Shown here: piece by piece, positions 28,169-37,549 of the stretch
How the letters are laid out: each line of letters starts with the position of its first letter
Position numbering within the stretch: the stretch's first letter is position 1
Assembly: GCA_964442615.1 (NCBI GenBank)
Contig: CAYUAG010000002.1
Span: 10,702-74,701 of the forward strand
Direction: 5' to 3'
DNA length: 64,000 nucleotides
Source of the DNA: an uncultured bacterium
GTDB taxonomy: Bacteria > Zhuqueibacterota > QNDG01 > CAYUAG01
The notes under the pieces: generated by a model
The model's input: only the letters and a program-made list of their open reading frames with translations
The model's database searches: none
Told to the model about the DNA's origin: nothing
Position numbers and translations under genes: made by a program

Positions 28169-28319
28169 TTTACCTCCAAAACAAACTAAATAAAATACTT
28201 ACAAATATTTTCCTCCCTAATTTTAAAAAATCCCTAACTATAATTCAAATTTTTTAATTTCTAACTCATAATTCACAATTCTTAATCCATGATTCATAAC
28301 TAATAATTCAATATTCACC

Positions 28320-29594
28320 TCAAGTAACATGTTTCTCATTTTCGCGCCATATTTCGGCACCTAAATTTTGAAATTTTTTCTCAATTTTCTCATATCCTCT
28401 ATCAATATGATAAATTCTTGAGACATCAGTAGTACCACGGGCAACTAAACCGGATAAAATCAGGGAAGCACTTGCTCTGAGGTCTGTAGACATTACCGGA
28501 GCGCCACTCAAAAACTTCACAGGTTTGATAACAGCAACATTACCATCAACCTCTATATCAGCACCCAAACGTTTCAATTCTGCAACATGGGTAAATCTGT
28601 CTTTAAAAATATTTTCAGTTATTATAGATGGCCCTTTTGCCAGACTCATCATTGCCATCCATTGAGCTTGCATATCAGTTGGAAATCCAGGGTATACTGC
28701 TGTAGAAATATCAACAGGTGCAATTTTTCCATCTGAATGAATGTGAATCCAATCTTTCCCTTCCTTGATCTCTGCCCCTGATTCCCGTAATTTATTCAGT
28801 AAGGTTGATAAGTGTTTTGGCTCTGAATTTATAATCTTTATGTTACCACCGGTCATATGACCGGCAATCAAAAATGTTCCAACTTCAATTCTATCCGGTA
28901 TTATCCTAAAATTAGCTGATTTAAGGGATTCTACACCTTCTATCTCCAGATGATCCGTTCCTTCTCCATTTATCCTTGCACCCATCTTTTTAAGACATTG
29001 CACTAAAGAAGTTATTTCTGGCTCTTCAGCAGCATTCTCAATAATTGTGATTCCACGGGCAAGTACTGATGCCATGAGAATATTACCAGTGGCTCCCACT
29101 GAAGGGAGATCAAAGGATATTCTAGCACCTTTTAACTTGTCTGCTTTTGCAATTATATACCCTTTATCAAGTTTGATATCTGCACCTAGTGCTTTTAATC
29201 CTTTAATATGAAGATCAACTGGTCTGGGACCCCAGGCACACCCGCCTGGTAACGAAACCTTCGCATAGCCAAATCTGGCAACCATGGGACCAAGAACATA
29301 GATAGAGGCCCGCATGGTCTTTACCAGCTCATAGGGTGCTTCCAGATTATTATATCCATTAGTTTTTATAATTAGACGACCATGGTTCAACTCCACCTGG
29401 CTGCCAATACTTACAAGAAGAGATGACATGGTGCCTACATCTTTTAAATCAGGGACATTATCAATTCTATATTCTCCATCTGCAAGAAGTGTTGATGCTA
29501 TAACAGGTAAAACAGCATTTTTTGCTCCACTATTTTTTACAGTTCCTTTTAAAGCATTTCCACCTTTTATAACTATTTTCTCAATTAATACCAT
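28320..29594 (-). CDS. murA: UDP-N-acetylglucosamine 1-carboxyvinyltransferase
   Basis: 424 aa. It is colinear with MurA/EPSP-fold proteins (KNAVLPV, LPGGCAWGPRPVDLH with the active-site Cys, and the IDRGYE tail). Confidence 0.97.
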   Translation of the reverse strand: MVLIEKIVIKGGNALKGTVKNSGAKNAVLPVIASTLLADGEYRIDNVPDLKDVGTMSSLLVSIGSQVELNHGRLIIKTNGYNNLEAPYELVKTMRASIYVLGPMVARFGYAKVSLPGGCAWGPRPVDLHIKGLKALGADIKLDKGYIIAKADKLKGARISFDLPSVGATGNILMASVLARGITIIENAAEEPEITSLVQCLKKMGARINGEGTDHLEIEGVESLKSANFRIIPDRIEVGTFLIAGHMTGGNIKIINSEPKHLSTLLNKLRESGAEIKEGKDWIHIHSDGKIAPVDISTAVYPGFPTDMQAQWMAMMSLAKGPSIITENIFKDRFTHVAELKRLGADIEVDGNVAVIKPVKFLSGAPVMSTDLRASASLILSGLVARGTTDVSRIYHIDRGYEKIEKKFQNLGAEIWRENEKHVT

Positions 29595-29616
29595 TTTCTT
29601 TCTTCTATCTTTATTA

Positions 29617-29727
29617 AGCTTTTAGAAGTTAAAAATTAGAAGCTAGCTCCTCCCGCTTTTTTAATCCCAAAGCTATTCTCTAACATCTATCTTCTATTCT
29701 CTATTCTCTATCTTTAATCTTCTGTCT
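29617..29727. repeat. Intergenic repeat element, copy A (recN|murA spacer)
   Basis: It shares three blocks with copy B at 55586-55654. These are TTTAGAAGT (9/9), TAGAAGCTAGCTCCTCCC vs CAGAAGTTAGCTCCCTCC (14/18), and CCCAAAGCTATTCTCTAACATCTATCTTCT vs GCCTAAGCTATCTTCTCACTTCTATCTTCT (24/30). All counts were made by eye. Confidence 0.6.
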
Positions 29728-31422
29728 TTAAACTTTCGTCAATAAATCCCGTGCATTCTGTAATGTTGTCTCATTAACCATTTCCCCGCCTATTAGTTTG
29801 GCCAGCTCTTTCACTCTTTCCTCATCTGAAAGACAACGAATATTGGTGAAAGTTCTGTTATATTCTGCTTTTTTTTCAACTGTAAAATGTGTCTGTCCAA
29901 AGGAAGCAATCAAAGGAAGATGAGTGATACAAATGACTTGATGTTTTTGTGCAACCTCTTTTAAATTATTTCCTACTGCCCGAGCAATTCTACCGGAAAT
30001 CCCAGAATCAATTTCATCAAAAATCAATACCGGGATATTATCAGTTTCAGCCAGGACATTTTTCAAGGCCAGCATTATTCTGGATATTTCTCCACCTGAC
30101 GCTATCTTTGCCAAAGGTCTTGGTTTTTCTCCTGGATTAAGTGAGATAAAGAATTCAACCTTGTCTATTCCTTGGTTAGTAACCTTATACTTCTCATTTT
30201 CAATCTCAATATCTCCCCCGGAATTCATCTGTGGAATAACATCTATTTTAAATACTCCCCCTTTCAGACCAAGTTCTGCAAAAATTTCAATTGTTTTCTC
30301 TTCCAGCTCTTTAGCAGCCTTTTTCCTCTTGTCAGAAAGCTCCTTAACCAAACTGGTGAGTTTTGTTGTTTCTTTCTCTATTTCTTGATTAACCTGTTCA
30401 ATCTCACTTTCCATGGAATCAATTTTGTTTAAATTTTTCTTTGCCTCCTGACAAAAATCAAGAACTTCTTCAATTGTTGTTCCATACTTCTTTTTTAGGA
30501 GTATAAACTGTCCTAATCTTTCTCTTATCTCCTCAAGAACTTGAGGATCAAATTCTATTTTCTCGGCAAAATCCTGAAGACTATTTACCACTTCTTCAAT
30601 ATGAACTCCTGCAGTGTTACAATTTTCAATCCATTTATTAAAATCAGGATCAATATCTACCATTGAAAAGAGTTGATTCTTGGCGTCTGCAATTTTCTCA
30701 TAAGCAGAGCTTTCTCCTTCATAAAGTATTTCACTTAATTGACTGGATAACTGATGGATTTTCTCACTATTTTTTAAAATATTCTCCTGTTTTTCCATCT
30801 CTTCTTCCTCTCCTAACTGAGGACTAACCTCCTCTATCTCCTTAACTTGGAACTCTAAAAGCTCCTTTTTTTCTTTTAATTGCTTTTCCTGTTCAGTAAG
30901 TTTAATTAATTGTCTTTTCAAATTTGAAAGAAAATTGTATGATTGACTGACCGTATTAACCAAATCACCACTCACTCCATAGTCATCTAGAAAATCAATA
31001 TGCCTTTTTACATTTAATAAAGACTGATGTGAATGCTGTCCATGCAGATCTACCAATAAATCACCGATCTCTTTTAATACAGATCTGCTTATAGGAGAAT
31101 CATTAGCAAAGGTTCTACTTTTGGTATCTCTTTTAATCTCTATTCTTAAAATTAGTTCGTCATTATTAAAATCAATATCATGCTGTTTAAAAATTTTTAT
31201 CAAGGAGTCTGATATTCTAAAGTTACCTTCAACAATAGCCTTTTTCTTTCCCTGACGGATAAAATCCTTATCAACTTTCTCACCTAATAATGCACCTACT
31301 GCCCCAATAATTATTGACTTTCCAGCCCCGGTCTCACCAGTGAGAATATTCAATCCTTTTCTAAAATCAACATTTATTTCATCAATAAGGGCATAATTTT
31401 TTATATAAAGATTTTTCAGCAT
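29728..31422 (-). CDS. recN: DNA repair protein RecN
   Basis: 564 aa. It has an SMC-like N-terminal Walker A (LTGETGAGKS), a long coiled coil and a C-terminal signature/Walker B (GGEISRIMLAL, LIFDEID). Confidence 0.95.
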   Translation of the reverse strand: MLKNLYIKNYALIDEINVDFRKGLNILTGETGAGKSIIIGAVGALLGEKVDKDFIRQGKKKAIVEGNFRISDSLIKIFKQHDIDFNNDELILRIEIKRDTKSRTFANDSPISRSVLKEIGDLLVDLHGQHSHQSLLNVKRHIDFLDDYGVSGDLVNTVSQSYNFLSNLKRQLIKLTEQEKQLKEKKELLEFQVKEIEEVSPQLGEEEEMEKQENILKNSEKIHQLSSQLSEILYEGESSAYEKIADAKNQLFSMVDIDPDFNKWIENCNTAGVHIEEVVNSLQDFAEKIEFDPQVLEEIRERLGQFILLKKKYGTTIEEVLDFCQEAKKNLNKIDSMESEIEQVNQEIEKETTKLTSLVKELSDKRKKAAKELEEKTIEIFAELGLKGGVFKIDVIPQMNSGGDIEIENEKYKVTNQGIDKVEFFISLNPGEKPRPLAKIASGGEISRIMLALKNVLAETDNIPVLIFDEIDSGISGRIARAVGNNLKEVAQKHQVICITHLPLIASFGQTHFTVEKKAEYNRTFTNIRCLSDEERVKELAKLIGGEMVNETTLQNARDLLTKV

Positions 31423-31484
31423 AACCTTTAAAATTTTTTTTGGGATTAAACAGGAAATCCATCGCTATATATTAATCAAAAAAA

Positions 31485-31509
31485 TTGTTTTTTCAAATTG
31501 AAAAAACAA
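31485..31509. promoter_or_regulatory. Perfect 25-bp palindrome 63 nt upstream of the recN start (candidate operator)
   Basis: TTGTTTTTTCAA-A-TTGAAAAAACAA has 12+12 perfectly complementary positions. It is all A/T except one G/C pair per arm. Confidence 0.35.
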
Positions 31510-32015
31510 AAAAATCAGTTAATATTTCTATTTTAATGAGATGAACTAAAAAAAACATAGATTCCATCTATTCATTTTTCCAAGCTATAATATCTTTTAC
31601 CTTATCAATAATAAAACAATAAACCTCCTTTTTACAATAAACTATTCTCAGCTTATTTTTGATCCTTCTCTATTTCTGGATGATACATATACTTTATATG
31701 AAATATTATGTTATTTATACACTTCAATTATTAATTTTTCCCAGGATTACAAAATCGCCAAGATGCTAGAAAATAAAGCTTAAAATAGCAAATCCACAAC
31801 TCACATTTGCAATCGTACTCGGGGCAAAAACTTTCACTTCTGAGGTCAAATGAAAACTCCTTTTTCCTCTGCGGTTATAACGATTTTAAAGATTAATTTG
31901 ATAAATGTCAAGAAATTTTATTTCAGTTTGACTGACCATAATTTTTCATTTATATCCGGTAAAAAGACATTCTATAAAAAACTACAAACTGTTGGAAATC
32001 CTTCTGTTCACAACT

Positions 32016-34430
32016 CTATTTAAGTACTAAAGCTTTCCGTATAACTGAATTCTTATCAGTCATTAATTGATAGAAATAAACTCCTGAGCTTAACTTGCCT
32101 GAATCCCAGGTAACTGAATAACTACCGCTTTGTTTATCCTCGTCCACTAAGGTTTTAATCAACCTGCCCTCTAAGTTGAATACAGTAATAGTTACATGGG
32201 TACAAGAAGAAATGCCATATTTTATAGTGGTTATGGTATTGAATGGATTAGGATAATTCTGATTAAGGGTAAATGAATCGGACAAGGATGTTTGTCGGCT
32301 TTCACAGAAATTACTCGCCCCACCTACAGCCATAATCACGATAAAAGAATGGGCCGGAAAGGTATAGGAAAACGAATTTATAAAATGCTGTTCAGAAATC
32401 TTAGTGAAGGTAACATTCTCCGAAAAGGTATTACTGTTAATTGTCCAGAGGTTCTCTGCATTTAACTCAAAAAACCTGAGTCTTGATAAATTGGAACAAT
32501 TCTGAAAAACTATTTCTGTAGTAATATCCAGATGTTTTTCACCAGATTCTGGTAATCCTGAAGCACGGTTCAGTACATACAAGTAAACAGTATCACTTTT
32601 TCCTGAGCAGGTTACCACTGCATCAAGATAGCAAAGGTTAACAGAATCTGTTTGCACGGTTGTCGAATAAATACTCTTTTCCCTGCCTTCAACAGGTTTA
32701 AATCTGTATTGGGGAATATTTTTCAATTCAGGTTGAATTATTGTGTAACCATAACTCCGGGAGAAAAGACTGTAAACATATCCGGAAGGATTAAAGTACT
32801 GATGGAGATTAGGCCCCATAAGAGAAGTTAAAGGCCATCCTGCTATTGCTTCATCATTGTCAGGAACCAGAGAATGAACATTTAAAACCTTTAATCCAAC
32901 TTGTTGAGATGAACGAAGATAGGACATAAAAGCTCCAGCAACATAGAGGCCATTATCCAGAGAACGACCAAAAAAGTCTAATTGCTCTCCCCTATACCAG
33001 GGATTATTGGTGTGGTTATCACGTCCGCAGATATGATAAACCAAATTATATTCAGTAATTCCAATCCCAATCTTTTTTTGTGCATCAAACCATATATCAA
33101 GATTATCACGGTGCTGGTACATAAGGTTTTCCTGCTTTAAGGCAGTCCACATAATCTGCCAGTGCTCTTTATCGAGTTGCTCAGATCTTCCGGTTTCATA
33201 CCTGTGATCAACTATAAAATCAAAGGGAAGTTCAGAAAATCCTGTATTATTCATTTCCTGAAAGAAAGTCTCATCATGAAATGGTACACCTATACTTATA
33301 TCCTCATCAACAGATTTCATTTTTTCATAAAAATCAATAAGTCCATCTTTATTAACCGATTTGTAGATAACCCTTATCTCAGAACCAGAGGGTGGAATTG
33401 CTCCCTGACTACCCTCACCAAAATCAATCCTGCCAGTCAGGGTATCCAGAGTAAAAACCTTAGCTTCTCCTGTATGTTTTCCCAAATCATCAGTTTGCTG
33501 CCATTGTTCAACGGTTAGGCTGTCAAGCCAAACACCCAGATACAGTGAATCGCCTACAACTGGAGGATATTTCACATTAAAGACCTGGTTCTCACTACCG
33601 TCACTTCTGGAAGCATTAATGGTCCAGTCATTCATCTGGACTACTCTCTGTCCAGTCTGGCGGGTTTCCATCTCATAATACTGCCACTGAGAACCGCCAA
33701 AAACAAAATTATGCACAGTCTTTGAGTAATCTTCTCCCCCTGCCTGCTGCTGCCCAAAATGCCAGGAAAACATATGCTTATACTGTCCTCCCAATTCATT
33801 ACCAATTTCCCATAAGCGTATGTCATAAGGTTGCGGATGTCCCAGATTTTCCCGTAACTGAGCCTGGTCAATTCCATCTGCATTGGGATCTGAACCTGGT
33901 TCATTGTTGGCAAATTCTACCCAGGCTGCAGCTTCAACCGCGGTTCCGGTTCCAAAATTAATACAAATAATCGACTCACTCTCTCCTATTTTATTCATAA
34001 AATCCATAAATTCCATGAAACCAAATGTATAGTAATTGGGTGCAGAAGCTCCGGTTGAACCGTTAAAACCTGAGGGTCGGTCTTCCTGAGGACCAATCCC
34101 ATTCTGCCAGTGATAGCTCCCGCTACAATTCCCTCCTGGAAAACGGAAACATTTAATACCAAGAGTTTGAATGGCCTCATAAAACTTCTGACTGAATTCT
34201 CCTGTAGCTGGATTATATTCTGTTCGAGATGCAAGGTCAGTCATAGGATTGTTAACTCCCAGGAGGGTCGACCTAACTGAACCAAGAGGCTGGCTGGATA
34301 GATCAACTATAATCTCTGGATTACTAGAGACTGACTGAGATAAAACCACACTACCTCTCATATATAAAAAGAAAAGTGAGAACAAATTGATTAAAAAGTA
34401 ACAAACGAATGTTTTCTGGATAAAGTACAA
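32016..34430 (-). CDS. Secreted GH51-like glycoside hydrolase with T9SS C-terminal sorting domain
   Basis: 804 aa with a signal peptide. FRFPGGNCSGSYHWQNGIGPQEDRP and LWEIGNE resemble the alpha-L-arabinofuranosidase (GH51, clan GH-A) signatures. The C-terminal ~80 aa (LNQNYPNPFNTITTIKY...GVYFYQL) is a typical Por/T9SS tail. Confidence 0.7.
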   Translation of the reverse strand: MYFIQKTFVCYFLINLFSLFFLYMRGSVVLSQSVSSNPEIIVDLSSQPLGSVRSTLLGVNNPMTDLASRTEYNPATGEFSQKFYEAIQTLGIKCFRFPGGNCSGSYHWQNGIGPQEDRPSGFNGSTGASAPNYYTFGFMEFMDFMNKIGESESIICINFGTGTAVEAAAWVEFANNEPGSDPNADGIDQAQLRENLGHPQPYDIRLWEIGNELGGQYKHMFSWHFGQQQAGGEDYSKTVHNFVFGGSQWQYYEMETRQTGQRVVQMNDWTINASRSDGSENQVFNVKYPPVVGDSLYLGVWLDSLTVEQWQQTDDLGKHTGEAKVFTLDTLTGRIDFGEGSQGAIPPSGSEIRVIYKSVNKDGLIDFYEKMKSVDEDISIGVPFHDETFFQEMNNTGFSELPFDFIVDHRYETGRSEQLDKEHWQIMWTALKQENLMYQHRDNLDIWFDAQKKIGIGITEYNLVYHICGRDNHTNNPWYRGEQLDFFGRSLDNGLYVAGAFMSYLRSSQQVGLKVLNVHSLVPDNDEAIAGWPLTSLMGPNLHQYFNPSGYVYSLFSRSYGYTIIQPELKNIPQYRFKPVEGREKSIYSTTVQTDSVNLCYLDAVVTCSGKSDTVYLYVLNRASGLPESGEKHLDITTEIVFQNCSNLSRLRFFELNAENLWTINSNTFSENVTFTKISEQHFINSFSYTFPAHSFIVIMAVGGASNFCESRQTSLSDSFTLNQNYPNPFNTITTIKYGISSCTHVTITVFNLEGRLIKTLVDEDKQSGSYSVTWDSGKLSSGVYFYQLMTDKNSVIRKALVLK

Positions 34431-34479
34431 TACATTCTCTCCTTACAGCATTAAAGTATCAGATCAATTATCTGTTTTA

Positions 34480-35226
34480 TTAATGTCTATGAAGTAATTG
34501 AATAACAGATTGAAAAGTAATGTACATGCCTGTTAAAATTAAAAACATGTATATATACTTGTCAAATTTTCCCGCAGATATTTTTGCATTTAGTTTTCCA
34601 CCAATCAAAACAGCAGTCAAAACAAAGGGAAGAGCAATAAAATAATTGTGCCAGACCATTGCAGTCCAAAGACCGACTGAATAATGGCTGATAAGCAACA
34701 ATAAACCAGTAGGAAAAAAATATCCCTGTAAAGTTGTCCTGAAAATTGTGGGCTTCCATCTGCGCATGGAACCGTAGATAACAACCGGAGGACCATTGGT
34801 ATTGTAGGCACCCCCTAAAATACCTGCAAAAAATCCAAAAAAATATGCATACTTTTCATCTTTAATAAAAGGGAGAGCAGGCTTCAGCAGATAATATATA
34901 GAAAAACCGATTATAATCAAGCCTAAGATAAACTTCAAATACTCCTCATTTCCCATCCTGAGCAAAAAAGCACCTATAGGTATACCAATTAAAGATGCAA
35001 TAACCAATCGCCAGGCAGCTAAGAAATCTACTTCCTGCCATTTATATATAAGAATCGAAATATGTATTGTGGTAGCAATTAACGCTACCAGTGGTACAGC
35101 TGTCTTTATCCCAATCAGAGCAGTTAAAAAAGGCATCATAATTAAAGCACTTCCAAAACCCAAGGTTGATTGAACTAGGGTTGCATAGAAAATTATAATT
35201 ACAATAATTATAGTAATACTGTCCAT
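34480..35226 (-). CDS. TauE/SafE-family anion (sulfite-type) exporter
   Basis: 248 aa with about 8 TM helices. It has internal duplication with GxGGG-like motifs (GFFAGILGGAYN). Confidence 0.85.
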   Translation of the reverse strand: MDSITIIIVIIIFYATLVQSTLGFGSALIMMPFLTALIGIKTAVPLVALIATTIHISILIYKWQEVDFLAAWRLVIASLIGIPIGAFLLRMGNEEYLKFILGLIIIGFSIYYLLKPALPFIKDEKYAYFFGFFAGILGGAYNTNGPPVVIYGSMRRWKPTIFRTTLQGYFFPTGLLLLISHYSVGLWTAMVWHNYFIALPFVLTAVLIGGKLNAKISAGKFDKYIYMFLILTGMYITFQSVIQLLHRH

Positions 35227-35338
35227 TAATCCACCAAAAACACAACGGATAATAAAAACGGGTATGCTGGTTTATGACTCCAGGTAAATAAATAATTTGA
35301 TATACTGAATTAAAGTAGTATTAATTCTCCCGCTTTTT

Positions 35339-37531
35339 CTATTCTGTTAAAATAGTAAAACGGGCATACTTACTTAAGAATTTCTTTTGTTCACCATTCT
35401 GAAATGACACAATTACTTTCTGGGTGTTACCTTTACCTGACACCTTGGTAATCCTACCCCTACCATATACTTCATGCTCAATAATAACACCTCGTTTTAG
35501 TAAAGGAATCTCCTGATTAAAATCTTCATAAACAGGTTGAGAATCAGAAATACTTGCAATTTTTCTATCTTTCTTAACAAAGAGTTCTTTTTCACTTGAG
35601 CAACTAGTAATAATTACGGAAGGATCTAACTCATCTAAAAAAATCGAAGGCTCCTGGGGTTCAATATCTCGGAATCTCCGCCTATTGTCTGCCCACATTA
35701 GATAGACTCTCTCTTTAGCTCGAGTTAAGCCAACATAAAAAAGTCTGCGTTCTTCTTCCAATTTCTCAGGTTTATCGAGAGAACTTGAAAAAGGAAATAA
35801 TCCCTGTTCCATACCAGCAATAAAAACAACTGGAAATTCAAGTCCTTTTACTGAATGTAAAGTCATTAAAGTTACTGCATTAGCTGTTTTATCCCAGGAA
35901 TCAATATCTGTAATTAAAGATACTTCTTCTAAAAATGATGCTAAGGAAGGATTCACATTATGAATAGCATAATCGCTTACTGCAGCTAAAAATTCCCGAA
36001 TATTATTTGCTCTTTCCTGTCCTTCAGTAGTGGTGTCTTCCTTATATTTCAGTAAAAGACCCGATTCATCAACCAGTGCATGGGTAAGTTCATTGGGAGA
36101 TATTTCATTTTTTAAGCTAGTATATTTTTTAATTAATTGATTAAAATCTTTAAGTTTTTTCCTTCTTATTACAGATATTTCCTCAATCTCATCAACTCTG
36201 CCTGTTGCCTCAAATAAAGGAACCTTATTCGCTGTAGCCCACTTCTTCAATTTCTGAATTGTCTTATTACCAATCCCTCTATTAGGTAAATTAATAATTC
36301 TTAATAAACTTAATGTATCGTGTGGATTAGAAATCAATTTTAAATATGCCAGAATATCTTTAACCTCTTTGCGTTCATAAAATCTAACACCTCCAACAAT
36401 CACATAAGAGATCGCATTGCGTCTTAATCCTTCTTCTAAAGTTCTTGATTGTGCATTAGTTCGGTAAAGAATTACAAAATCACCAAAACTTCTTTTATTT
36501 TTAAAAACCTCATCCTTGAGTTTTTCAACAATTTTATGTGACTCATCCAGTTCATCATATACATTCAATACAACTAACTTCTCTCCCTGGTCATTCTCAC
36601 ACCACAACTTTTTACTTTTTCTTCCCTGATTATTCACAACCACAGAATGTGCAGCTTTTAAAATATTCTTTGTAGACCGATAGTTCTGTTCTAGTCGAAA
36701 AATCTTTGCATTAGGAAAATCTTTTTCAAATTCAAGAATATTCCTAATATCTGCCCCCCGCCATCCATAGATAGATTGATCATCATCTCCAACTACACAT
36801 ACATTCTTATGAAGACCTGATAAATAATAAATCAATTGATACTGAGCATAATTTGTATCCTGATACTCATCAACAAGAATGTATTTAAATCTTTTTTGAT
36901 ACTTTTTTAAAACATCTGGATAAGTTTTAAACAAATCTATGGGAACAGTTAGTAAATCATCAAAATCAAAAGCATTATTCTGTTTTTTCCGTTTATGATA
37001 CTCGGTATAAACCTGGGAAACAATATGCTCAAAAGGTGTTTCAATCATATCTTGATAATCTCTATGACCTATAAGCTGATTTTTCAACTTACTGACAGCA
37101 CCACATATTGCATTTGGAGAAAATTGATTTCTGTCTAAAGCCAGATCCTCCATTACATTTGTTATAAGCTTCTTTTTATCATCAGTATCATAAATAACAA
37201 AATCAGGAGTGAATTTGATATGTTCAGCTTCAAACCTGAGAATTTTGGCAAATACGGAATGGAAGGTTCCAATCCATAATCCATTTTCATCCTTTAAAAA
37301 AGGAATTACTCTCCTCCGCATCTCTTCGGCAGCCTTATTAGTAAAGGTAACTGCAAGTACTTCCCAGGGTGAAGCATAATTATTATTAATAAGATAGGCA
37401 ATTCTATGAGTAATTACCCTGGTTTTACCACTGCCTGCTCCTGCAAGGACCAGTACTGCTCCATTAGTAGTTTTTACAGCTTCCTGTTGAGCAATGTTTA
37501 AACTATCAAGTATGTTCGAAGAATCTTTCAC
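35339..37531 (-). CDS. pcrA: ATP-dependent DNA helicase PcrA/UvrD family
   Basis: 730 aa. SF1 motifs are present: AGAGSGKT, VDEYQDTN, YRS, VTLMTLHSVKGLEF and YVGLTRA. Confidence 0.95.
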   Translation of the reverse strand: MKDSSNILDSLNIAQQEAVKTTNGAVLVLAGAGSGKTRVITHRIAYLINNNYASPWEVLAVTFTNKAAEEMRRRVIPFLKDENGLWIGTFHSVFAKILRFEAEHIKFTPDFVIYDTDDKKKLITNVMEDLALDRNQFSPNAICGAVSKLKNQLIGHRDYQDMIETPFEHIVSQVYTEYHKRKKQNNAFDFDDLLTVPIDLFKTYPDVLKKYQKRFKYILVDEYQDTNYAQYQLIYYLSGLHKNVCVVGDDDQSIYGWRGADIRNILEFEKDFPNAKIFRLEQNYRSTKNILKAAHSVVVNNQGRKSKKLWCENDQGEKLVVLNVYDELDESHKIVEKLKDEVFKNKRSFGDFVILYRTNAQSRTLEEGLRRNAISYVIVGGVRFYERKEVKDILAYLKLISNPHDTLSLLRIINLPNRGIGNKTIQKLKKWATANKVPLFEATGRVDEIEEISVIRRKKLKDFNQLIKKYTSLKNEISPNELTHALVDESGLLLKYKEDTTTEGQERANNIREFLAAVSDYAIHNVNPSLASFLEEVSLITDIDSWDKTANAVTLMTLHSVKGLEFPVVFIAGMEQGLFPFSSSLDKPEKLEEERRLFYVGLTRAKERVYLMWADNRRRFRDIEPQEPSIFLDELDPSVIITSCSSEKELFVKKDRKIASISDSQPVYEDFNQEIPLLKRGVIIEHEVYGRGRITKVSGKGNTQKVIVSFQNGEQKKFLSKYARFTILTE

Positions 37532-37549
37532 AAAAATACCTTATCTCAG

